From assembly GCA_965248055.1 (NCBI GenBank), contig CBDFIJ010000004.1, positions 768,001 to 832,000 on the forward strand: DNA of 64,000 nucleotides, written 5' to 3'. Below the pieces are notes generated by a model. That model did no database searches. It saw only the letters and a program-made list of their open reading frames with translations, and was not told where the DNA came from. Source of the DNA: Candidatus Multivoradales bacterium (GTDB taxonomy: Bacteria > Acidobacteriota > Thermoanaerobaculia > Multivoradales > JAHEKO01). Positions 51,093-58,984 of the stretch are shown piece by piece. Numbering within the stretch: the first letter of the stretch is position 1; each line of letters starts with the position of its first letter. The position numbers were made by a program, and so were the translations under genes.

Positions 51093-53477
51093 CTAAACCG
51101 TGACATCCACCTCTCCTCGGTGAAAGCGGATCGAGGTGTCGACCATCAGCGGGTCTGCGAGCAGTGCCAACATCAGAAACTTGGCGTCCACCGGCTTGGT
51201 TGATAAGGCACCTGCCGTAGCCCTTATCGTGCGGGCCATATCTCGTAGCTCCTTACTCACATCTTTCACCGAGCTACCATCCAATAGCGCCTTGCGAGCG
51301 CTCTTAAACGCCTGGATGAACAGGTATCCCTCGCGAAGGTAAACCCAAACGAAACGGTGAGCACCGGCTTCCAGCCGCACCCCCGGTGGTGCGCTAGCCC
51401 AAAAAGTCTTGAACCCATCAGGCCTGCCACGTTCCACCTGCTCGATCGCATCCCAGGTGACCAGATTGGAAAGCGAGGTGTTGGACTGGCCAACGTCCAT
51501 ATCCAAGTAACGCAATGCCAGTTTGAAGGTGCTCCACAACCTGGTGCGCAGCTCGTCTTTGGTCAACCGTTCGTCAGCCAGAAATGCCTTTCTTAACGCG
51601 TGCTGGGAGAAACCAATCCGCAAGTCGTAGGAATAGTCCCCAGGTTGATTGAGCAGCGCCTTCTCCAGAGCGTCACGGTCGACCTCAGTAAGCCTCCCAA
51701 GTGCTTCGGCACCTCCGAGGTGCAGCGGCATCATCCTGCCAATGGCCTTGTGCTTCAGGCTTGCACTCCTGGTGATCGTCGCCTTACGTCCTTCGAGTCG
51801 ATCCACCGGCGTAGCATGGCTTGAGTCCACCACGGCTCCAGCGATCTCAAACACAGCCATCGCGTTTCTAACCTGACCTTTGTAGGTCGAAAACAATTTC
51901 GCCCCGGACTCTCCAACCAACCAAGTGGTGCCAGCAACCAGATCCGACTCGACTTTAGTCTGTTTCCAACTAGTCATTTCCCGAGTGACTTTGAAGCCAA
52001 ACAGATTCAGTTCCAAGCCGAAAGAACGCTCCGCACGGGCCAGTTTCTTCAGCGTTCCGCCAATAATCTCCACCCCGGTATTGCCGTTTTTTGCGGCGGC
52101 CTTTTCCAGCGCCGGGGCGAAGTTACCGCGCACCGCCGCGAGGTAAGCATCTTGCGTGCGGTTGAGATCAAAGACCAAATCCAGCAGTGCGTCTTGCTGT
52201 TGGGTGCGGTTGATCTCCGCTGAGAACTCAGCTGTGAGACCTTCTTTGACTCGACTGGTAACAGACTCGGAAACTTGTCTGCGGATCTTGCTGTAAGCAT
52301 CGAGCCAACCATCAATCGCGTCATCGATCGCATCCAACTGACCGATGTCGGCTAAATCGGCAATTCCCTGCTCCAGCCGCTCCTGGATCCCAGTCACAGA
52401 ACCGAGGAGTGACTCCGCCTTGTCGATCAACGCACCAACTTCTTGCCCATGGGCAGGAGACAACCCACCCACCGCTTGGGAGATTGCCTGCAAGTCCGAC
52501 AGTTCCATAGCCCTAACAGCCTTTCCAGCCGCTTTGGCTAAGGCGCTTTTCGCCCCAGCCGATAACTTGCCAAGATCACTACGCAGATCAGAGAGTTCTT
52601 TTTTCACGCCTTCGATCTGAGCCACCGCACCGTCCGGTAGCCGAAGCATTTTCTGGAGGCTAGCGGTGACAAATTCTTCAGGGTTGCCGATGTCGAGTTC
52701 TGCTCTTAGATCGAGGCCAGCACTCACAAATGAGCTCTTCGCCTTGTGCAGCCGGACGCGCACCAGATTGCTCGACGGCTCTGTTTCAGTCGGTCGACTT
52801 ACAACCACCCGGAGAACCCCTCGCAGATCGGCCAGAAAGGTAACTCCCAGGGTCACACCAGCGTCAACCGTGACCGGTGCTTCTACTTGAAGGCTGTCAA
52901 ATGCCTTTCCCGATAGTTCGCGGGTCATTCCGTACTGCCAGGCACCATGGGCGCGCAGAATTGCGTTTCCATCGAACTCAAATTGCAAGATGTCAGTATC
53001 TGCCAGGGATCGCACTCGGTCCAAATCGCTCGGGAACGTCAGATCACCGACCAAGCCGACGACAGCGTTCACCCCTTTCTGAGCCTGGCTAACTTGTCGA
53101 TGATGAGCTAACCGAATTTGCACCCCTCCCGTGGCTCCAGCCGAGATCTCTCCACCCTGAATCGCCTCGCTAGCGTTGAAGCCAGCCACCGCTCCTCCCT
53201 GGATCAAGATCGTCGCGAAAGCAACACTCTTCTCGGCCGGATCACCTGAAAATTCAAGATCGAGGGGTGGCACTGCCGCCTTGGTTATGTGAGCACTCAC
53301 CTCCGCCGCTCCAGTGAGCCGCCCGACACCTAGATCGGTCAATAGCCCATCCGCACTCTTTCGCCACGACAGCTTCTTTTTCCACGCTGATTTTTGGAAA
53401 GTTCGAATCGGGGCCTGCAGTGACTGCAGCGCCTGGAGCGCTTTTTTCGATTTTGCAATAAATCCGTTCTTATCCAT
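51093..53477 (-). CDS. Large hypothetical protein (794 aa): beta-rich N- and C-regions around a long helical/coiled-coil core
   Basis: Long ORF; GGAG SD before (GTG)ATG 53477; no family recognised. Confidence 0.8.
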   Translation of the reverse strand: MDKNGFIAKSKKALQALQSLQAPIRTFQKSAWKKKLSWRKSADGLLTDLGVGRLTGAAEVSAHITKAAVPPLDLEFSGDPAEKSVAFATILIQGGAVAGFNASEAIQGGEISAGATGGVQIRLAHHRQVSQAQKGVNAVVGLVGDLTFPSDLDRVRSLADTDILQFEFDGNAILRAHGAWQYGMTRELSGKAFDSLQVEAPVTVDAGVTLGVTFLADLRGVLRVVVSRPTETEPSSNLVRVRLHKAKSSFVSAGLDLRAELDIGNPEEFVTASLQKMLRLPDGAVAQIEGVKKELSDLRSDLGKLSAGAKSALAKAAGKAVRAMELSDLQAISQAVGGLSPAHGQEVGALIDKAESLLGSVTGIQERLEQGIADLADIGQLDAIDDAIDGWLDAYSKIRRQVSESVTSRVKEGLTAEFSAEINRTQQQDALLDLVFDLNRTQDAYLAAVRGNFAPALEKAAAKNGNTGVEIIGGTLKKLARAERSFGLELNLFGFKVTREMTSWKQTKVESDLVAGTTWLVGESGAKLFSTYKGQVRNAMAVFEIAGAVVDSSHATPVDRLEGRKATITRSASLKHKAIGRMMPLHLGGAEALGRLTEVDRDALEKALLNQPGDYSYDLRIGFSQHALRKAFLADERLTKDELRTRLWSTFKLALRYLDMDVGQSNTSLSNLVTWDAIEQVERGRPDGFKTFWASAPPGVRLEAGAHRFVWVYLREGYLFIQAFKSARKALLDGSSVKDVSKELRDMARTIRATAGALSTKPVDAKFLMLALLADPLMVDTSIRFHRGEVDVTV

Positions 53478-54121
53478 CACCCTGTTCTCCGTATGATGCA
53501 GTTCATAGATTCCGCCACAAGATGACGCCGCCACCTCCACGTAGGCGACCACCGATCTCGGCGTCTCTCGCCACCGCAGTCGTGATAAAAAAACGGGTAG
53601 ATGCTCTACTCGACAATCGAGCAACGTTTTGTTCTTGACAAGCCATAGTCAATCTACCTGCTTGGGAAAGTCGAGCCCACACCAAACAAAGGCTTTTCCT
53701 TCCAATGCAGTCTTCCGGGACCAGGAAACCCATCCCCAGTAAGACCTACTGTCCAAAAGCTGGTTGATAATACCACGAGACCCGTTCGTCGCAGCTCGCG
53801 ACCTCCTTGCTCTCTTCGATGACAAGCCGATGAACCAGCGTCGATCACGCTGACGCCTACCGCCGCATCCAACAATTTCAAGGTCAGCGTCACCACACAC
53901 TGTCAGCCCCGAAAACGGCCGCCAAGGGCGGCCTGCCTCTTCGATGGGTAAACTTCGCTCAGAGTCTGCGCGGTGCCATTGGAAAATTCGTGAGCCGGGT
54001 ACGGTGCCACCATCAAACGTTCCCCAACTCAGACCCAATTCCAGGACGCGGTACTTTGGAAGAGACTTCCAAGATAGGTACTTGCGCAGCCTGCACCCGG
54101 CAAGCCGCGAATTATTGTCCA

Positions 54122-54316
54122 CTATTCCTCTTCTGTCTCAAGTCCCTCGGCGTCCTTTTCACCTTGATCCCGAAGCCCCGCTGACTCCTCAATCATTTCC
54201 ACACCACGGACGTCGAGCACATCTGCCGCAACCGCCTGTGCCAGAAGGAAACTTTCGACAGCGCGCCCAACGTCTGTTGAGAAGTAGGATGAAACAATAG
54301 TCGAAGGTGGCGGCAT
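54122..54316 (-). CDS. Possible small acidic protein
   Basis: TAATG coupling to the upstream lipoprotein stop; no other support. Confidence 0.3.
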   Translation of the reverse strand: MPPPSTIVSSYFSTDVGRAVESFLLAQAVAADVLDVRGVEMIEESAGLRDQGEKDAEGLETEEE

Positions 54317-54906
54317 TAAGAATCGGGAACCCGCTCTCCTCGCTCACGAATCTCATCCTCAAACACACCTAATGGCAGCTCGATGATGGTCTCCAAACGA
54401 TCTTGGCCTTTGAGAGCGCTCATAGTCTCAGAGTTGATAACAGAGACAGGGGTTCCTGGCAGGATCCGATGAAGACGGAAGACAGTGTCTGCCAAGTCGG
54501 AGCTCTCAAGGGCGATCCCAGGGAGTTTGATCTTGACCACGGCGGACGCCTGGCTCTCAACGTGATGCGAGGCATCATCCTCGGGTGGCCCTCCAAAACT
54601 CCTTGCCTCGAACAACCCGTAAATCGCCTCGACACTCAAGATCTGGTCGCCGCGAGATACTTCCAACAGGTGATCACCTTTCGGCGCGTCGGAAACCAAC
54701 GCTGGGCCCGCCAACTCACTGGCGCTGATCAACTCAACATTTCCGTCGTTTGTAACCTGCAACACCAACTGGAGATGGACCTCAGCCCCTCGAATCTCCA
54801 CGTCGTCGGTTCTCTCGACTACATTCGAGGTTGGTTCAACGCCACCGACGCACGCGAGGGGAATCACAAACAACAGTGAGGCAATGAGCAAGGATTGAAC
54901 TGGCAT
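54316..54906 (-). CDS. Putative lipoprotein; paralogue of the C-domain of the upstream gene
   Basis: Hydrophobic leader ending PLA-C; FEARSFGG...HH motif shared with 54955..55845. Confidence 0.75.
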   Translation of the reverse strand: MPVQSLLIASLLFVIPLACVGGVEPTSNVVERTDDVEIRGAEVHLQLVLQVTNDGNVELISASELAGPALVSDAPKGDHLLEVSRGDQILSVEAIYGLFEARSFGGPPEDDASHHVESQASAVVKIKLPGIALESSDLADTVFRLHRILPGTPVSVINSETMSALKGQDRLETIIELPLGVFEDEIRERGERVPDS

Positions 54907-54954
54907 AACTGGTTGATTGACACCCCCCTATCGTGTGGAGGACACGAGACCAAT

Positions 54955-55845
54955 TCAGTGGTCGACTCGGACTCCCTTTTCGCGAACGTACCTAGCTATC
55001 TCCACGCCAGAAACTGAGGTTACCAACTCAAGACGACGCTCACTTCGAAGATTCTCCAGCGCAGACGCGCTGAAAGACTCTACCTCTGGACCCGACCTGA
55101 GTTGGTAAAGGTCAAGTTTCAGCGACCCAAGTTCACTATCTAGTGAGCGATTAGGGACACGCACGCTGACGGTCGCCTCGTCCAGTTCGATGAAGTGGTG
55201 CCCTTCGGTACTATCGGCACTTCCACCGAAACTGTGACCTTCAAACGGGTTACCTGGCAAGGCCTGTGTTCCTAGGACTGCTCCATCGTCACTCACTGCA
55301 AAGACAAAGTCACTCAAGGCCTGATCGGATTCCCCAGGAACACCGACTATCTCGGTCGCACTGAGGACCTCAGACTGGCCATCTTTCGAGATTCTAAGAA
55401 GCAATGTCAGATAAGGCTCGCCAGAGGTAGCCTCAGCGAATAGCTCTTGAGAATCGTCAAAGTCCTCTCGCGGTACCTGGTCAGCGCCTGATTCCTGCCC
55501 AGCCCCCAGTACCTGCTCAACTGGCATCTGGTCGTCGACTTCTTCTGAAGTCGACGCCGCAGCTCTCTCCATTGGTGACTCCGTCGCAGCCTCACGTTCC
55601 TGGTAGTCATCGCCCCTTACTTCGGGCTCGGAACCGCTACCTGGCATCGCTTGACCAGTGATTTCCTGCACTAATTCTTTCCCTTGACTCTTGCCATCTT
55701 TCGAGTGTTCACCTTGAGGCTTTCCGGCTCCAGAGTCCTGCGCCGATAGCAGGCCTACCGCGAGCGCTAGTAGACCTAGAGCAATCAGCGAAATAAGAGA
55801 TGCTCGGGCTCCTGTCTTCAATCTAGTTGTTGGAACAAAATTCAT
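54955..55845 (-). CDS. Exported hypothetical protein (acidic linker + shared beta-domain)
   Basis: AAGGAG SD, signal peptide ending LSA-Q, FEGHSFGG...GHH motif. Confidence 0.78.
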   Translation of the reverse strand: MNFVPTTRLKTGARASLISLIALGLLALAVGLLSAQDSGAGKPQGEHSKDGKSQGKELVQEITGQAMPGSGSEPEVRGDDYQEREAATESPMERAAASTSEEVDDQMPVEQVLGAGQESGADQVPREDFDDSQELFAEATSGEPYLTLLLRISKDGQSEVLSATEIVGVPGESDQALSDFVFAVSDDGAVLGTQALPGNPFEGHSFGGSADSTEGHHFIELDEATVSVRVPNRSLDSELGSLKLDLYQLRSGPEVESFSASALENLRSERRLELVTSVSGVEIARYVREKGVRVDH

Positions 55846-55886
55846 TGTTAGTCTCCTTATTGAGTAGTTCATCATCATCACCGTTC

Positions 55887-58106
55887 TTACGGCATACCCA
55901 ACTGCCACGGCTTGCTGTCGTGCAAAGGACTGTAGATCCATCGGTGGTAGTGGCGATCCATACGAAAACCGCTCGCAGAGCGTCGGATCATCCCAAACCA
56001 ATACTTGTTGCGAATAAAGATGTCCGCTTTGCCAGCTCCGCCCTCATAGTTGGCAGCGAGGATCTTGTCGCCAATACCAAGGTTCCAACCACCGGCACCT
56101 GGAATTCCGGTCACCCAGTCCTTCGACCAACTCCCGCTCAGCGCGGCACCTCCAGATGTCAGCGTGCCGAGGTACTCAGTGCTCCAGTTGACCTTTGGGT
56201 TGTACACGAACAGGTCTTCTCTGCCATCTTTGTTAGCGTCTGCGACAAAGTGTCGGTCTCCTTTCTTCATGTTCCAACCTGGAATATTAGGCGCCCAACC
56301 GGTCCCAGGATCGTCGTCATACCGCTTCGCGTAGTTCAGCGCGGTGCCCGTGGAACGCGTCAACTCCAGATACGCTCGAGACCAATCCAGACCATTGAAT
56401 ACGTAGAGGTCGTCCCGGCCATCACCATTGATGTCTGCTGGAAAGTGTCGGTCATTCTTGCCCATGTTCCATCCTGAAGCCAAAGTGTTGTGGTACAGCC
56501 GCACTCGACTCAACGCTGCACCCGACGACCTGAGCATGCCAAGATACTTGTGCGTCCCCCAGTTCACCGCGTTAAACACATAAAGATCTTCTTTACCGTT
56601 ACCATCAAAGTCGGCGACGTAGTACTTGTCGGCCTTACCCATCATCCAACCGGGAAACGAATCGTCATGGCGCTTCACCCCGGTTACCGAAGTCCCACCG
56701 GACCTGAGCAACCCCATATATTCCTTGTTCCAACTAGAGCCGCTATACAAGTACAAATCGTCCTTACCGTCGCCGTCGAAGTCAGCGGGGAACAGCTGAT
56801 CCTGTCCTCCGATATAGCCGTAACCCGGCAAAGTGGTCTTGTACCTGCGGACCGTTTCAAGTCCACTGCCCGTAGACCGCCACATGCCGACCCAACGATT
56901 GATCCAACTCGTAGTGTTGAGAACGTAAACATCGTCTTTGCCATCACCGTTGAAATCCGCAACGTGCAGTTTGTCGCCCCAAGAAAGGTGCCAACTTCCG
57001 GTTCGAATCCCAGCAGCTCGTGGCACTACATTGTTTGCCGTCCAAATACGATCAAGCCGTCTGGGACCAGTACCGGTCTGATAGAGCGCCAGATCTGGAC
57101 CGTTTTGCACCAAGACATCATCGCGACCATCGCCCGTGAAGTCTCCAATCACGGCATCATCGAAATCGTGCCCCAAGTTCGCGTACAGGTCCTGGCGCAT
57201 GAGTGTTTGGCATACCGGGCCAAAGTTGGGCGTATTGCCTCTCATCCTGCAGTTGTGCACTGGACGATATATGCCGGTAGTCTTGTACTTGCAACCGGCG
57301 AATTCTCCCACCGTACGGTTAGGATCGATACTAGGAGCAAGCGTAGTCGGAACCGGCGTTGCTGGACTGATAAAACGATTCCAAAATACCGTGTTTCGAT
57401 TCAAGACGCTGGAACAATTACGATTGTTGATGACCGCACCAGTGTAGGCACCGGGCCTAGTGTATTCGTCGAACAATCCACCGATACCGTGCCCCGCTTC
57501 ATGCCCAACAACCTGCCAACTGACGCTCTTGGTTTGAACGATATCTCTCGGGCCACGATTGCAGCCGCCAAATCCGGCGTTGTTCAAGATCACGATGATG
57601 TAGTCCGCGTGCGAAAGACTGTTCGCCGCTAAAACGGCATTCTTCAGCGTATTGGTAGTGCTGCCGGTATGCTCCAGCCAGCAATGGGACCAAGCACCGT
57701 TGAAGAGATACTTGAGCGCAGTGTTCTTGGCGTTGGTGCTAACAAGGACATCGTCACTCGAATCGTTCGGCGTACCATTGAGATTCCAAGTGCGAGTCCC
57801 AACACCGGACTCTGTGGACACCAAGTTCAAGCGATAGACATTAAATGCGTTTTGCATCTCAAGAAAAAAGTCGTTGCCAAAAATACCGTTGGTGACCATG
57901 TTTGCAACTTGCGTGTTGTATGCCGATTGCTCCCCGGCCGTGTAGCCATCACCCATCACTACCACTACCTTCTTACCGGCATCAGAGCCGTTGTTGATGA
58001 TCTTGGTACAGGTTGGTGCAGTGCAGGCGCCCCATGCTTGGCTGGCCGGGAACCCGACCGCCACTAGGACAACTAGCCATACTCGCCAGAACATAAATAT
58101 CTTCAT
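55887..58106 (-). CDS. Secreted M64-family (IgA-peptidase-like) metallopeptidase with FG-GAP/VCBS beta-propeller
   Basis: Signal peptide, MGDGYT, HEAGH..GLFDEY, NCRMR; six DxxGDGxDD-type repeats plus one degenerate. Confidence 0.88.
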   Translation of the reverse strand: MKIFMFWRVWLVVLVAVGFPASQAWGACTAPTCTKIINNGSDAGKKVVVVMGDGYTAGEQSAYNTQVANMVTNGIFGNDFFLEMQNAFNVYRLNLVSTESGVGTRTWNLNGTPNDSSDDVLVSTNAKNTALKYLFNGAWSHCWLEHTGSTTNTLKNAVLAANSLSHADYIIVILNNAGFGGCNRGPRDIVQTKSVSWQVVGHEAGHGIGGLFDEYTRPGAYTGAVINNRNCSSVLNRNTVFWNRFISPATPVPTTLAPSIDPNRTVGEFAGCKYKTTGIYRPVHNCRMRGNTPNFGPVCQTLMRQDLYANLGHDFDDAVIGDFTGDGRDDVLVQNGPDLALYQTGTGPRRLDRIWTANNVVPRAAGIRTGSWHLSWGDKLHVADFNGDGKDDVYVLNTTSWINRWVGMWRSTGSGLETVRRYKTTLPGYGYIGGQDQLFPADFDGDGKDDLYLYSGSSWNKEYMGLLRSGGTSVTGVKRHDDSFPGWMMGKADKYYVADFDGNGKEDLYVFNAVNWGTHKYLGMLRSSGAALSRVRLYHNTLASGWNMGKNDRHFPADINGDGRDDLYVFNGLDWSRAYLELTRSTGTALNYAKRYDDDPGTGWAPNIPGWNMKKGDRHFVADANKDGREDLFVYNPKVNWSTEYLGTLTSGGAALSGSWSKDWVTGIPGAGGWNLGIGDKILAANYEGGAGKADIFIRNKYWFGMIRRSASGFRMDRHYHRWIYSPLHDSKPWQLGMP

Positions 58107-58289
58107 CAGTCTTTCCTCCTTGGGCTTGGATCTGCGCTGGTACCTTGCGGAAAAGCCAGCGAAAATCCGTGCTAATGGGTCACGCATAGTAGAGATGCGT
58201 TTCTTCGCGGAGTTGTTTAGTCATATTTCCACTGTCACATCGTTCAGGCGCAATCATCGTGATTTCTTGAACTAGATACATCCCACACT

Positions 58290-58553
58290 TCACACCCGCC
58301 TCAGCTTTGGCACTGCGTCCAATGACCTTCGATCTCTTCGATCAACGGCGACGACCGTATTCGGACCGTTGAATCGGTAGGCTCGTCCTGAAATCGGTCC
58401 ATAGGTGAGCAAGCTGGAGTCGCCGACATATCGGAAGTAGACAGACTCGATCTCCTGACGCGGTGAGTTCTCGCGATGGCGCCGTCGGGTTTGAGTGGAC
58501 CACTCACCAACCACTGCTCCACCCGTCCTTGTTCCCCGACCACAACAACTCAT
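58290..58553 (-). CDS. Small protein with N-terminal MSCCG motif (87 aa)
   Basis: ATGA overlap with the DUF1360 stop; FRYVG...GPISGRAYRF...VAVDRRD domain. Confidence 0.8.
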   Translation of the reverse strand: MSCCGRGTRTGGAVVGEWSTQTRRRHRENSPRQEIESVYFRYVGDSSLLTYGPISGRAYRFNGPNTVVAVDRRDRRSLDAVPKLRRV

Positions 58554-58879
58554 CTTTCGATCTCTCCTTCTTGGAAGTAGGCAACGGGCGCCAACGGTTC
58601 GTGGGGCTTCGTCAAGCGTTCGGCCAGGATCGCGCCGGCGGACAGAGCCAGCCACAGCATCACTCCGCGTTGTAATTTGGCTTCAAGTAGCCAAGCGACC
58701 GGTGCCGCGAGCCAAAGGCTGAGGCAGTAGAAACAGTCAACTAGACCAGCTAGGCCGATGCGAGACAACAGTTTGCGCAAACGTACCAGGATCTTCCACG
58801 GTCCATCTTCCGCATTGAGCAAATGGGTAACACGCCAAACGACCAGCGATCCCAAGATCAACAGATAGATATCTCTCAT
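58550..58879 (-). CDS. DUF1360-family membrane protein with CxxC
   Basis: WRVTHLL..EDGP...RLR, LVDCFYCLSLW. Confidence 0.82.
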   Translation of the reverse strand: MRDIYLLILGSLVVWRVTHLLNAEDGPWKILVRLRKLLSRIGLAGLVDCFYCLSLWLAAPVAWLLEAKLQRGVMLWLALSAGAILAERLTKPHEPLAPVAYFQEGEIER

Positions 58880-58945
58880 CGGCCTGTCATGGGTTTGTCA
58901 CTCTTGGCCTTCTTGTGTCTACGCCGGAGGCAACCTGCGAAGAAT

Positions 58946-58973
58946 GGGGCGTTCGCGCCATCGCGGACACCCC
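58946..58973 (-). terminator. GC-rich stem-loop after the 749-aa gene (terminator or mRNA-stabilising hairpin)
   Basis: GGGGTGTCCGCG...CGCGAACGCCCC followed by ATTCTT on the minus strand. Confidence 0.5.
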
Positions 58974-58984
58974 ATCGAATTCGT

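Noticed and set aside
53480-54120. ORFs 53649..54122, 53654..53896, 53944..54300 and the 5' extension of the 843-aa ORF
   Set aside because: No SD or motifs and atypical composition; treated as intergenic/promoter DNA. No repeat array or ncRNA was recognised.
56490-57632. 380-aa plus-strand ORF
   Set aside because: Antisense to the M64/FG-GAP gene, with no motifs of its own.
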